A stretch of 64,000 nucleotides of DNA. Source: an uncultured Candidatus Saccharibacteria bacterium. Its GTDB lineage: Bacteria; Patescibacteriota; Minisyncoccia; Phycocordibacterales; JAACPR01. Below, piece after piece: positions 29,079 through 39,562 of the stretch. A program made the position numbers and the translations under genes. Position 1 is the first letter of the stretch, and every line of letters begins with the position of its first letter. The DNA is taken from NCBI GenBank assembly GCA_964507955.1, contig CAZDRR010000001.1, positions 344 through 64,343 on the forward strand, read 5' to 3'. The notes beneath the pieces were generated by a model, which was not told the DNA's origin, ran no database searches, and saw only the letters and a list, made by a program, of their open reading frames with translations.

Positions 29079-30634
29079 TTGTCAAATATGGTAACTATTT
29101 TTTCCCATCTCCTCTGCCGTTTGTTGCAGTAGAAGATAATCCAATTATTGCCGAAGGGAATATTGATAGCGTTCTTAAAAAAATTACTTTAATTGGTTCT
29201 ATTACTGGAGAAAATTTGCCAACATTAGCTTCTGGCAAAAGAGATATTTTATCAGGACTAAAATCTGAATATTTGGGATTAACAATTGGGGATCAATCCT
29301 TTTCTTGCGTCAAACCTGTTTCTCTATCTTTTGATGAGTCGCCATTAACCACAGTTTTACCTTATTCCATAGAATTCGAAGTATATGAAGAAACTACTTT
29401 CTCAAATTATTTTAGAGTTAAAAATCCTGTTAATACTTGGACTTTTACCGAACAACAAGGGAGAATTGTCAAGGCTTCTCACCAAGCATCTGCTGTAGGA
29501 GCCAAAGTCGATAATGAAGACCCTTTGGTTAATGCGAAAACTTTTGTTGATAATTTATTTAATGGTCTGGAAAATCTAAGTGTTTTTAATAGCGGGACTT
29601 ACCCTATACTCAGCGCCTCCACAGAAGAAATTGATAGACAAAAAGGCAGCTACTCACGTTCTCAAGAATTTACTTTCTCCACAAGTTCAAATTTGATAAA
29701 TACGGGGGCAATTATTTCCGCCACAACGCAATTATCTTATTCACAAGAAGGAAATCTACAAGCGTCTGTGAATGGTTCTATTGTCGGTCCATTAAATGGA
29801 GATATGGTTAATACGGGAATGTTTTCGCCATCCCACGCAACGGAATTAGCGAAAAATGCTGCCATCAACAGTATGTCGGCTTATGAAAATGATCTTTACG
29901 GATACATTTGCAATGGCCCTTCTTCTTACAATTATGAAGTAAATGAAGCGGCAAATTCAATTAATTTTACTTTCAATTTTAAAGATCCTACCGACGAAAC
30001 ATCAACAAATATCTACAATAACCAAACAGTTGTAGTTTCTGCAACAAAAGATTCAAATATTTTCAATGTAAGTGTCAATGGCAATATTACTTATAGGTCT
30101 GATTTTGATATTTTTGGGGGAGGAAATATTGATACAAATCAACGATTTGTGTTAATCGAAGATGCCTTTGAAAAAATTGATTTCGCAGCAGTCGCTTTGG
30201 ATGGTCTAGTTACTTTCTTAGACGGGGTTGAAAACTATGATTCCAAAGCTTATATCAATCCTCAACCAAGGGAATCCTCTGTTACTAAAAATCCATTTAT
30301 CCCATCCATAGATTATGATTATACTTTCACGAATGCCATAGATTTTTCAAATGGACAATTAAATAATCTTTCTTTTACTATTTCCGATAATCTTCCAATT
30401 GCCATTACGGGAGTAAAAGAATCTATTGCGGGCTTTGTCGCCCAAAAAATCATGGACAGAAAACTTGGAGAATTGGACGTTCAAGCTTCCTGCAAAGATG
30501 GAATCGACAAATTGCCTACGTTAAAATCCATTACTACAGGATTATTTAAAGATAAAATCTGTGAAAGAATTACAACCAGCAACTACACTTCTGGCGAATC
30601 TCTTCTTAATTATTCCTTTACCTCATTATATTAA
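29075..30634 (+). CDS. tail/baseplate protein (putative)
   Basis: 519 aa; Asn/Ser/Thr-rich beta composition; coupled to neighbours. Confidence 0.4.
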   Translation: MIVKYGNYFFPSPLPFVAVEDNPIIAEGNIDSVLKKITLIGSITGENLPTLASGKRDILSGLKSEYLGLTIGDQSFSCVKPVSLSFDESPLTTVLPYSIEFEVYEETTFSNYFRVKNPVNTWTFTEQQGRIVKASHQASAVGAKVDNEDPLVNAKTFVDNLFNGLENLSVFNSGTYPILSASTEEIDRQKGSYSRSQEFTFSTSSNLINTGAIISATTQLSYSQEGNLQASVNGSIVGPLNGDMVNTGMFSPSHATELAKNAAINSMSAYENDLYGYICNGPSSYNYEVNEAANSINFTFNFKDPTDETSTNIYNNQTVVVSATKDSNIFNVSVNGNITYRSDFDIFGGGNIDTNQRFVLIEDAFEKIDFAAVALDGLVTFLDGVENYDSKAYINPQPRESSVTKNPFIPSIDYDYTFTNAIDFSNGQLNNLSFTISDNLPIAITGVKESIAGFVAQKIMDRKLGELDVQASCKDGIDKLPTLKSITTGLFKDKICERITTSNYTSGESLLNYSFTSLY

Positions 30635-31992
30635 TGTCCTTTAATGCTCTTACATATGTTTTGGATGAAAATGCCTTAAATGATAGTTTGAAGGTTTGTT
30701 ATGATTTTGGAAATTACTCCGTTGTTACTTTAGGAATTCAACAAGGAGTTTTGGAAAATATTGCCCCTTTATCGTCGGGAGTAAATAAGGGGATTATCTA
30801 TAACGGAACTGGAACAACAACTAATCAAGCATTAAATCAAATTACAGGAGCCAACAAATTTTTATCCAATAGTGGATCAGGCGATTTCTCTAAAAGCAAT
30901 ATTCTGATTAGTGGCAATGTTGATTTTAATCTCAATGGCAGTTCTGCTATTTTTCAATTCCATAATATCAATGCTTATAAAAATGGTATCATTTTTGGAT
31001 GTTTAGAACATCTCACAGAAACTTATAATGGGGTAGATTACAAAAGCGCAAAAGGTATAAATTTTGGCATAACGGATCGAGGCCATCTATTCATGGAACT
31101 TTTCTCAAATAATGGTCCAGAAATTCATGTTTTTAATAATATAGAATTATCTCCAAAAAACATTGTATCTTTTTCTATTGGCGCTGGAGAAATTGAAGTC
31201 TGCCGATTTGATTATATCAATCAACAAACATATTCTGAAAGTTTCAATTTTGATACAAGTCTAATCATTAATCCTTCAAATATTTATTTAGGAGCTTCTC
31301 CTTCTTATTATAGGGCTAGTGGAATTGCGACCCCAACTTTTAGCGGATATATCAACAACTTTTTGCTTTTCTCCGAAAGATTGAATAAAGACACTTTATA
31401 TCGAGTTGGAGAGGGGCTTGTTTCTGAATATTATTATTCATCAGGTATTGAAGAAACTGCATCCCGAATTACAGGTTATAATTCCATACCTCTCTACAAT
31501 ACAGGAATTACAGGATATTCTTTCTCCCAAACTGGTTATTTACTATTACCATCTGGATCTTCTTTTCTTTCTGGAGGATTTGCGATGACGGGAACATATT
31601 CCATAAGGGAAGGAGATCGCTATTTTATTTTTACAAGCGGCCAAAATCCAGAAATCGAAACCTATTTTAAAGAAGAAGTCGGATTTTTGAATCCTACTTT
31701 GTTCGGTTCATATGAACCCACGGGAACAAATGCTTTTGATACACTTGGTTTACAAAATTCAAGCGGTATTGTAACTGGTTATACAGAAACAACTGGTTTT
31801 TATACTAATTACGTTCAACAACCTTTATATGATATACAACCATTAACTGGCATAACTACCGAAATCACAGGTTATTCCAGCACTCCTTTATATGAGGAAT
31901 ATTTGATTTCTCGTCCAAATTCTTCTGGCATTGCCCTTTCAGGGTCTTCCTATGGTTACTTGAAAAACTATTTATTTTATTTGGATCAATGA
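30634..31992 (+). CDS. tail/baseplate protein (putative)
   Basis: 452 aa; Gly/Tyr/Ser/Thr-rich repeats (TGYxxxxxYxxxxxxP-like) in C-terminal third. Confidence 0.35.
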   Translation: MSFNALTYVLDENALNDSLKVCYDFGNYSVVTLGIQQGVLENIAPLSSGVNKGIIYNGTGTTTNQALNQITGANKFLSNSGSGDFSKSNILISGNVDFNLNGSSAIFQFHNINAYKNGIIFGCLEHLTETYNGVDYKSAKGINFGITDRGHLFMELFSNNGPEIHVFNNIELSPKNIVSFSIGAGEIEVCRFDYINQQTYSESFNFDTSLIINPSNIYLGASPSYYRASGIATPTFSGYINNFLLFSERLNKDTLYRVGEGLVSEYYYSSGIEETASRITGYNSIPLYNTGITGYSFSQTGYLLLPSGSSFLSGGFAMTGTYSIREGDRYFIFTSGQNPEIETYFKEEVGFLNPTLFGSYEPTGTNAFDTLGLQNSSGIVTGYTETTGFYTNYVQQPLYDIQPLTGITTEITGYSSTPLYEEYLISRPNSSGIALSGSSYGYLKNYLFYLDQ

Positions 31993-32756
31993 ATATTAAC
32001 TTTGAATTAAATACTGGAAGTTCAACCTTGTCTGGATGTAGATCGCTATCCAGAATTTCGAATTATTATGCTTCCACTACAGAACAAACAATCTATTTCA
32101 ATAATACGATTACGGGAGATAATAGCACTAAACTTTCTTTGAATTCCCAAACATTAACAGAAGGGCCATTGGAAATTGTTGATCTGGCTTTCGAAGATTT
32201 ATATCTTTCTTCTGGCGATTATTACTTATTACCGAATACTAATAAAGTTGCCTCTATTACCAATGATCTTACTTTAAATGAAATAGAAGGAGATATTACT
32301 ATTTTATACGAATCTCGTCCACAAGCTTCTGGCGCTATTTTTATCTTTTCTAACTCTGGAGAAGTTAATACTGGACTAAAAAATCAGATTAATCTGAACT
32401 TGCCAACATATACAAATAATTTAAGTGCATTAGATTTCTTTTTGAACGGACAAAAAATTTATAGTGGAGAATCTTATACTATTACAGGAGCGAACAATGG
32501 ATTTTCTTATCTATCAAATGTTACTGGAAAAATTTTCGCAATTCCAAAATATTCAAACCTTTTAAATATTACTGGAGAATCAGGCCAAGTTTATGCTACA
32601 GAATTCATAGAAAACAACAATGCCATTTATTTAAATGGAATGGAACAAGCAAGTATATCTTGGCTTGAAATTAATACTGGTGTAAATATGATTGTCAAAA
32701 ATAATCCTGTAAATTTTACGATAGATAATCCTTTTTATCAAACATTTGCATTATGA
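31989..32756 (+). CDS. tail/baseplate protein (putative)
   Basis: 255 aa; coupled ORF. Confidence 0.35.
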   Translation: MNINFELNTGSSTLSGCRSLSRISNYYASTTEQTIYFNNTITGDNSTKLSLNSQTLTEGPLEIVDLAFEDLYLSSGDYYLLPNTNKVASITNDLTLNEIEGDITILYESRPQASGAIFIFSNSGEVNTGLKNQINLNLPTYTNNLSALDFFLNGQKIYSGESYTITGANNGFSYLSNVTGKIFAIPKYSNLLNITGESGQVYATEFIENNNAIYLNGMEQASISWLEINTGVNMIVKNNPVNFTIDNPFYQTFAL

Positions 32757-35302
32757 GCATTTCTAATATTGAAATTAATCTTTCTTCTAATGGCAGTCCC
32801 CATCAAGCAACTGTCACAGAGGTTATTGGTAAAAATGCTTGTGATCGAAAATCTATAGCTTCTATTATTAGTGCATCTAAGGGGCAAAGCCTTCGCGTCA
32901 ACAACGATAAAATCAATAATTTATTATCGCAATTTGTTATAGAATCTATTACGACAACTGTTGATCCTTCTTCTGAAAAGAAAGATTATAAATTAATTGA
33001 TAAATTATCCGCTATCCTAGATAGTTATATTGTTTTAGTAAGAGGAATTACGGCTCCTCCTATTATCGACAAATTTCCTTCTCCTATAGAATTTTTAAAT
33101 GATCCTAAATTTCCAAATAGCAAAACTGTTTTTGCAGGGCCAGTATTTCCATCTTCTGAACTCCCTTTAAGTGCTTTCGGACCTACTACAGAAGGAGCAA
33201 CTACCTCTGTTTATAAACCCAAAGCTATTTTGGATACTAGAGGAAGCTATTCTTCTCCTATAATTGATATTCTTGGTAATGTGGTTATTCTCGGTTCCAC
33301 ATATAGTATTATAACTCAACAGATCCATAACGAACGTTCTTTTCAAACATACAATAAAGGAAAAAAAATTAGTAAACTTTCTGAAAATTCTCAATATACG
33401 GAACCTGTTGTCATTATGGATAACGGAGATCCTCCAAAAGAAATAAAATTTATTGATCCTTTAGAGGGCCAGAAACAAGATCCAACAAAAGCGACTATAA
33501 AATATGGATATACGGCTAAAGAATTTTTTAAAATTTTTGACCTATTATCCATTAAATTCGATAAAAATCCATTAAAAAATATGGATAATGTTTTATTCGA
33601 AACTACTGGTAATTTAAGAGATTGTCTTTCCGCTATTTGTTCTTTTTATGGATATTATTGGTATATTCAATTAAATAGCGATTCTAATAAATTTCCATCT
33701 TTATACATTTTATCATCAGAGGAAGCGTTTGCTTTAACAATAGAAGATCCTCGCACAGAAGCATTATCTGATCCGTCTTTAGTATCCTATTCCTTTTCCG
33801 AAGGAGGAAGATCTCCTTATACAGTAGCTTCTTTTGTAGGAAATTCCGCCCCTCCAGAAAGAGCAGACCAATCGCCTTTCCAAATTGAAGATACTCCTAT
33901 TCATAAAGAATTTAAAAGAGTAAACTGTGAAAAATTTTTCAAAATTCGCTCTGAAAATATCTCAGAGGAAGAAGCTAAAACAATTGAAGCCTTTTTCTTA
34001 TTTTTTTATTCGGAAGAAGCTGATTCAACAGAATCCTTTGATAAATTTTTTCTTTTGGGCAAACATTTCTTTGAAAATTTTCAATGCGATTATTTTTATG
34101 ATTACAAAATTGCAGACAAATATAAAGGTTTCGCAAAATATTTAAATGAAGCGGCTTCCGAAGAATCTGCCGATATGAGTTTGATTAAAGAAACGATTAA
34201 AAATTCAAAATACAGCGGTGCTTTCCCTATAGATACTTCTAAAACTTTAACAATGCTTCAAGAAGAAGGGTCTCCACTTCCTTTGCCAAGCACTATGACT
34301 GTTTATACAATTTTCAAAAACTATTTTAAATATTTTGGATCTCTATTTATTTCTAATGGATATTCGAAATCTTTTACCGAAAGAGTTAATTTTACAGGTG
34401 GAGATATTTCCATCTCAAAAGCTTATTTAGGATCTACAAAATTATCAGAAGTAGAAGAATTAGTTGATTTTAATAATTTCTTAGAGGCTTTTGGAATTAA
34501 GAATGTAACGATGCAGGACTTAGCTAATTATGCCAATGTAAATATTGGATTAGGCACTGATAAATATTTTTATATTGCCATGTTGCCAATCAATAAAACT
34601 CTTGGCGCAAAGACAAAAAATGATGAAGCTAGTTTTGAAGCAAAACGTTTTGAATTTTTAGAAAAAAAAGTTTGGCTAGGATTCCCTTTGGGATCTTCCG
34701 CTTCTCGTCAAGTTATTTTATATAATATCTCAACAGAAGAAGAAGCCGATATGCGCAAAAAAATTAATGATTTATATACTACTTCGCGAGAAAAATTCTT
34801 AAAAGCCCACAAAAATTTAAAAGAAAGAGTTCTTGTCCAAATGTCTCGTATAGATAATGGTCCAGATGGCACAGAAGACTCTGGAGAAAGAGAAAGACTT
34901 TCTTTTGAGAATTCTATTTATAAAATTTTCATCCCAACAATTGATGGGAAAGAACGTTCTATTTCTATGGTAAAAGCCGAATTGAAAACTTTTACTGGAA
35001 GTATCACCGATATAAAAACATTAATAAAAGCAAATAGATCTCAACTCATAGGTCTTGACTATAATTTAAATTCGGCAAGCAAAACTTATTATAGATTATA
35101 TATCCCAACATTTTCAATAAAAATTGATTCAATTTCTATTCAATTTGCCAATGATGGTATCTCTACAACTATTGCGGAAAGTAATAAAGGAATTATTCCT
35201 GTAGATCAAACATTAATCTTAAGCGACTCTAAAGTTGCAAGATCTTCTAACTTTAGAACATTCTTTACCGCTGGCCAGAAGAATTTCTTTAGAATGAATT
35301 AA
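32753..35302 (+). CDS. large tail fibre/baseplate protein (putative)
   Basis: 849 aa; last gene of the + strand structural block. Confidence 0.35.
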   Translation: MSISNIEINLSSNGSPHQATVTEVIGKNACDRKSIASIISASKGQSLRVNNDKINNLLSQFVIESITTTVDPSSEKKDYKLIDKLSAILDSYIVLVRGITAPPIIDKFPSPIEFLNDPKFPNSKTVFAGPVFPSSELPLSAFGPTTEGATTSVYKPKAILDTRGSYSSPIIDILGNVVILGSTYSIITQQIHNERSFQTYNKGKKISKLSENSQYTEPVVIMDNGDPPKEIKFIDPLEGQKQDPTKATIKYGYTAKEFFKIFDLLSIKFDKNPLKNMDNVLFETTGNLRDCLSAICSFYGYYWYIQLNSDSNKFPSLYILSSEEAFALTIEDPRTEALSDPSLVSYSFSEGGRSPYTVASFVGNSAPPERADQSPFQIEDTPIHKEFKRVNCEKFFKIRSENISEEEAKTIEAFFLFFYSEEADSTESFDKFFLLGKHFFENFQCDYFYDYKIADKYKGFAKYLNEAASEESADMSLIKETIKNSKYSGAFPIDTSKTLTMLQEEGSPLPLPSTMTVYTIFKNYFKYFGSLFISNGYSKSFTERVNFTGGDISISKAYLGSTKLSEVEELVDFNNFLEAFGIKNVTMQDLANYANVNIGLGTDKYFYIAMLPINKTLGAKTKNDEASFEAKRFEFLEKKVWLGFPLGSSASRQVILYNISTEEEADMRKKINDLYTTSREKFLKAHKNLKERVLVQMSRIDNGPDGTEDSGERERLSFENSIYKIFIPTIDGKERSISMVKAELKTFTGSITDIKTLIKANRSQLIGLDYNLNSASKTYYRLYIPTFSIKIDSISIQFANDGISTTIAESNKGIIPVDQTLILSDSKVARSSNFRTFFTAGQKNFFRMN

Positions 35303-36060
35303 TTCAATTCGGACAACATCTTTGTTAAAATTCTACATTCTTTTGTTGGAATGTCTTTAAACGATTTCCATTGAGAGCAATCATCATTACGATATTTATT
35401 CTCTTTCCAAAGAGTTCTCAACCATTGGATAAATTGATCGAAATTTAAATTCTTTTCTTCTGCTGTTTTTTCAAGAAGCGCCCAAGGTTTTAAAATAACA
35501 TTTTCTTCTTCCGTTTGAGAACTTTCTGATCCAGAAGAACGCATGATTTCATCTGCCCCGACAATATGGATATTTAAAAAATTGCGCACGGCACGGACAA
35601 AAGCCCTATTACAAGCCATGGTTTCTAAAAATTTTTGACCAAAATCATCTGTATTTTTTACAGATGCATTTGCGCAATCCGAAAATTTTACAACATAAGG
35701 TGTTTCATAATTCGGAATCCATGTAATTGTGCAGGTAGCTATAGCATTTTCTGTATTACCAGAAATATTATATGAGACTTCGGAAAATCCCCTTAATTTA
35801 GCTAACTCTTTAATACCCCCGAGCATTATTAATAATTGTTTGTCTTTTAAGCCTTCAATAGAAGAAGGAATTGGCTTTTGTCTGTTTTCAAACCATTCCT
35901 TATTCACATAAAGGAATTCTGGTTTGATCATTTCTCTCCAATTAATTGATCCATCTTCATTAAAGACGTATGCAACATTAGGATAAAGTCCTGTAGAAGT
36001 ATTACGAGAATATTTTTGAACAGCTTGCTCTACAAGCGTTGCGGGGATTTCTTCACTCAT
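35299..36060 (-). CDS. hypothetical protein
   Basis: 253 aa; terminal gene of minus-strand operon; start overlaps the stop of the upstream gene (CATCAT at 36053..36060). Confidence 0.4.
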   Translation of the reverse strand: MSEEIPATLVEQAVQKYSRNTSTGLYPNVAYVFNEDGSINWREMIKPEFLYVNKEWFENRQKPIPSSIEGLKDKQLLIMLGGIKELAKLRGFSEVSYNISGNTENAIATCTITWIPNYETPYVVKFSDCANASVKNTDDFGQKFLETMACNRAFVRAVRNFLNIHIVGADEIMRSSGSESSQTEEENVILKPWALLEKTAEEKNLNFDQFIQWLRTLWKENKYRNDDCSQWKSFKDIPTKECRILTKMLSELN

Positions 36061-37186
36061 GATTGTTACTATAAATATACATCCAGTCTAAGTCAAGTAA
36101 AAACAAGTCCATAGACTTGTAAACTGCGAATATATTTGGATAAACGTCCGCGCCACAAACAATTTTTTTATTAGATATAATCGAAATATCTTCGTAAGAA
36201 GCGTTATTGATTTTTTGTCGATTGTCTTCTATCGTTTTTTCAACATTAAAATTAATAATGGCGTTATTGAAAAACTTAGCTCTTTCGTTTTTTAAATTTT
36301 CCTCGTTTGTGCAAATTAAATTAACTGGAATACCAAGTAATTTTAAATCTTCCACAAATTTCTTATCGAAAGATCCTGAAACATAATTGACACATAGAAG
36401 ATTTTTAACGAAAGGAAAGTTTAAGTTAAATGGTTGCGCCGTAGTTACTTCTCCAGTATTGCGCGAAAGAATATCTACCATTATTTTATGAGTTTCCATA
36501 TCACAAAATAAATCAAGTCTAATATTGACATTTTTTAAAACTAATGGACAGGGTAAAGATGGAATAATATCTATACATTTATCTTTATATCTCAAACCAG
36601 CATAAATCGTTTTAAATGGAATGTTATTGTTAAATCCAAGCATCTCAAGAATAGTTTGAGCAATAATTTCGGGATTTATTTTGTTGATTTTTTTAGGGAA
36701 TTCATTTAATATAAAAGATGGATTTTCATCTTTTTCGCGAGGAGTTTCGATAAGAAATTGTTTCTTTTTATCTCCCCAATATGGTGCCGAACAATTCGCA
36801 AAAGATTCCCCGAAAATAGCCGTAATTGGTTTGTTATAAACACTCGCAATTTGTGCTGCCAAAGAATCTACTCCAACAAATGCCATGCTGTTCTTAATGA
36901 CATTTGATGTTTGTCTAAAATTTAACTTGCCTCTTAAATCCAAATCACATTGCACGGATGGGTCTTTTAGAGAACCAATTTGAACAACCTTTATATTTTC
37001 ACGTTGCAAAAATGGCAAACAGAGATTCAAAACTAAATTCCAATGGTCATAATCTCTTAAATTGTTTTTTTTAGAAGCGTAAAAACAAATATATTTATCA
37101 AAAACTATAGGATAGTAATGTTCCAAAATTTCTATGGAAGAAATTGGAACGCCTGTCGATAATGCATATCTCTCAATTAAATGCAT
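36053..37186 (-). CDS. GT9 (heptosyltransferase-like) C-terminal domain protein with about 230-aa extension
   Basis: N-terminal 150 aa carry GT9 C-domain motifs (YASKKNNLRDYDHW ~ GASxxxKRWP; GVDSLAAQIASVYNKPITAIFG ~ GNDSGPMHLAAALGxPxVALFG); no GT9 N-domain present in this ORF. Confidence 0.55.
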   Translation of the reverse strand: MHLIERYALSTGVPISSIEILEHYYPIVFDKYICFYASKKNNLRDYDHWNLVLNLCLPFLQRENIKVVQIGSLKDPSVQCDLDLRGKLNFRQTSNVIKNSMAFVGVDSLAAQIASVYNKPITAIFGESFANCSAPYWGDKKKQFLIETPREKDENPSFILNEFPKKINKINPEIIAQTILEMLGFNNNIPFKTIYAGLRYKDKCIDIIPSLPCPLVLKNVNIRLDLFCDMETHKIMVDILSRNTGEVTTAQPFNLNFPFVKNLLCVNYVSGSFDKKFVEDLKLLGIPVNLICTNEENLKNERAKFFNNAIINFNVEKTIEDNRQKINNASYEDISIISNKKIVCGADVYPNIFAVYKSMDLFLLDLDWMYIYSNNHE

Positions 37187-37190
37187 GTTC

Positions 37191-38897
37191 TTATTCTTTA
37201 ATGTTCAAAGTAATGATATCGTTGCCATGATGCAAGTAATCCAAATGTTTTTGAGTCCCAATATGAGGCAGAAAACAAATTTCGAAATATCCTTTATGAG
37301 ATCCTTGTCCTTCCATCATGAATAAATTTTCCATATGAGGATGAAAATCAAGCACTTTATAGATGAACCTATTGCCTAAAAGAATTTCTTTGAATTGGGG
37401 CTTTGTAGCGAAATAAATGTCTTTATCTGGATAAGCCTTTTTGATTGATGGCAGCAAAGCTGTAGATAAAAAGACATCTTCTTCGGATTCTGGCATCACG
37501 AACAAAATACGATCTTTCCTTTCTTTATCTAAAAATGAATCAAAAGGAATCACTTTTAATTCTTCGGAAGGCTTGGCATTTTTGAAACTTATTATGGGTT
37601 GCTTTACTGTTTCGAGAATTTTTCCTTTTAGATTCTCAACAATTTTCTCAACGCTAAATTCTGCTTCTATCCATTTCTTGCCATTATCAACTAATTCTTG
37701 TTTTCTCTCTTGATCCAATCCATAAACATACAACAATGTATTACATATCGAATTAGCGTCGGTAGAAGCTTTGATGAATTGGGATTGGGGTTCTCTATAT
37801 TCATGCCATTTTAAAGGAAGTCCCCCTTGATGCTCATAGCACGAATCTGTGCCACAAGAGTATTCTGTAACCAATGTAATTAAGCCTGCGGCTTTAGCTT
37901 CTTGAATTGGTAATTCTTGCCCTCCAGAAGTAAATGGATGACAATATACGTCCATACAATTATAAACTTCATTTAATTGTTCCTCGGTTAATCCAGCAAT
38001 CGCTGTTTTTGTTTTAAAGGTTTTGGCCGAATTGCAGAATGGGCAATTAATTTCCGCACCTTCAAAATTTTTAATAGAATATCGTCCGCAAGAACTACAA
38101 CGATAAGTTGCTAAAACATCATGCGGACTAATCTTCTTTTCTTTTAAATATCGAACGATATCCCAGCCAGCTTGATTATCTCCCCAATCCGTATGCAAAA
38201 TTAGTTTAGCTTCTGGAACTATTTGTTTGAATAATTTAAATCCATCTAGGAGATTTGGAACAGATTTTCTCAATTGATTTTTGAAAACAAAACCTATGAC
38301 AAAATTTTTATCAAGGCCGTGTCTTTGGCGAATTTCGCGTCTATTTTCAAGAGGTTTAAAATGATTTAAATCAATAGCCCCATGTATTGTTGAAATATTA
38401 TGAATGCCAAATTTTTTCATTTCCTGTGTGGCGAAATCAGCCCAAACAAGAAATTTGTCGCAAGACTTCGCCATAATCATAGATTCTTCCATCAATGGAA
38501 GGCTGTCTAACGTTGTCCAAATGATTTTATGGGTAGTGTTCCACCAAGGCTTTGCAACGAAGCCAGAGAAGGCCCAAATGTCTTCAATGCCTACGTAAAC
38601 ATCTGGTTTTACAATATCAATAATCTTGTCTATTTCGTAATAGCCATATGATGCAGCGCGGTTTTTAAACGGATCGTTTGCAATTGAAGCCAATACTTCT
38701 GGATTCTCTGTCATAGTTCCATAACAAGGCCAAGGAGTCTTAACATCCCTACCAAATGGAACGCCATTCGCTGCTTCATAAACCTCAATATCTGGATCAT
38801 TATGCAATGCGAGAAGAACATTCTTCATGTTCTTCCCGAATCCAGTAACCATTCTACTGTAATTAGAATGAAAAAGAACTTTGATTTTCTTGTTCAT
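37191..38897 (-). CDS. GT4-type glycosyltransferase with inserted zinc ribbon and C-terminal GT9 N-domain-like module
   Basis: GT-B C-domain E-x7-E region GGQELPIQEAKAAGLITL; inserted CSSCGRYS...CPFCNS; C-terminal 150 aa (ILFVMPESEEDVFLSTALLPSIKKAYPDKDIYF...) resemble the N-terminal domain of WaaC/WaaF-type GT9 enzymes. Confidence 0.6.
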   Translation of the reverse strand: MNKKIKVLFHSNYSRMVTGFGKNMKNVLLALHNDPDIEVYEAANGVPFGRDVKTPWPCYGTMTENPEVLASIANDPFKNRAASYGYYEIDKIIDIVKPDVYVGIEDIWAFSGFVAKPWWNTTHKIIWTTLDSLPLMEESMIMAKSCDKFLVWADFATQEMKKFGIHNISTIHGAIDLNHFKPLENRREIRQRHGLDKNFVIGFVFKNQLRKSVPNLLDGFKLFKQIVPEAKLILHTDWGDNQAGWDIVRYLKEKKISPHDVLATYRCSSCGRYSIKNFEGAEINCPFCNSAKTFKTKTAIAGLTEEQLNEVYNCMDVYCHPFTSGGQELPIQEAKAAGLITLVTEYSCGTDSCYEHQGGLPLKWHEYREPQSQFIKASTDANSICNTLLYVYGLDQERKQELVDNGKKWIEAEFSVEKIVENLKGKILETVKQPIISFKNAKPSEELKVIPFDSFLDKERKDRILFVMPESEEDVFLSTALLPSIKKAYPDKDIYFATKPQFKEILLGNRFIYKVLDFHPHMENLFMMEGQGSHKGYFEICFLPHIGTQKHLDYLHHGNDIITLNIKE

Positions 38898-39523
38898 TAA
38901 AATGGAACATCGTCGTCAACATCATTGTCATCTACTTCTTCCGATTGGGAATTTTTGGAATTGGAAGATTGATTGTCTAAACCGAAATCATCATCATTTT
39001 GATTCTTATCGTTTTGTTTATTGTCAGGACGGAATTCTTCCTTCGCAGCATATAAAACTTGGGCAATAAATTCTTTTAAAAGAACGGCTAAAACTTCCGT
39101 TTCTCCAGCTTCTAAAGCAATCTTGAATGTCAATGCGGAATTTTTAACAATAGAAAGGCCAAAAGCATCAGAATCATAAGTCAAATTCTCATCTTTACCT
39201 TTGATTGTTCTTGGCTTATCCCAAGGAGTAAATTTGATAGAAGTTGAATCGTCGTTATTCTTATGGAAGGTAGCATAAGGAATTCTCGTCTTTAGAGATG
39301 ACAGTAATTCTCCAGCTTCATTCGCATTTAACTTGATTGTAATTGATTTTTTAGGGTTCTTAGCATTTTCTTTAAAAGACCCTGTTTTTGAGTTATCATT
39401 CCAACTGCTTTGGAGGACTGCGGAAACGAATAAAGCTACTCCTCCATCTCGGAGAGTGCCGATTTCAAAGCTCATTGCGCAACCATTATTTTTTGAGTTC
39501 GGTTTATAAAGAGTGTATTTCAT
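38897..39523 (-). CDS. ssDNA-binding protein candidate with bacterial-SSB-like acidic tail (DDDVPF)
   Basis: C-terminus ...EEVDDNDVDDDVPF closely mimics the E. coli SSB tail tip DDDIPF; long acidic/Asn-Gln linker before it; start placed at MKYTLYKP (alternatives 39475 or 39640). Confidence 0.45.
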   Translation of the reverse strand: MKYTLYKPNSKNNGCAMSFEIGTLRDGGVALFVSAVLQSSWNDNSKTGSFKENAKNPKKSITIKLNANEAGELLSSLKTRIPYATFHKNNDDSTSIKFTPWDKPRTIKGKDENLTYDSDAFGLSIVKNSALTFKIALEAGETEVLAVLLKEFIAQVLYAAKEEFRPDNKQNDKNQNDDDFGLDNQSSNSKNSQSEEVDDNDVDDDVPF

Positions 39524-39562
39524 TTTGAAATAAGTGTAATTTCTTCTGACATATTGTAAAAG

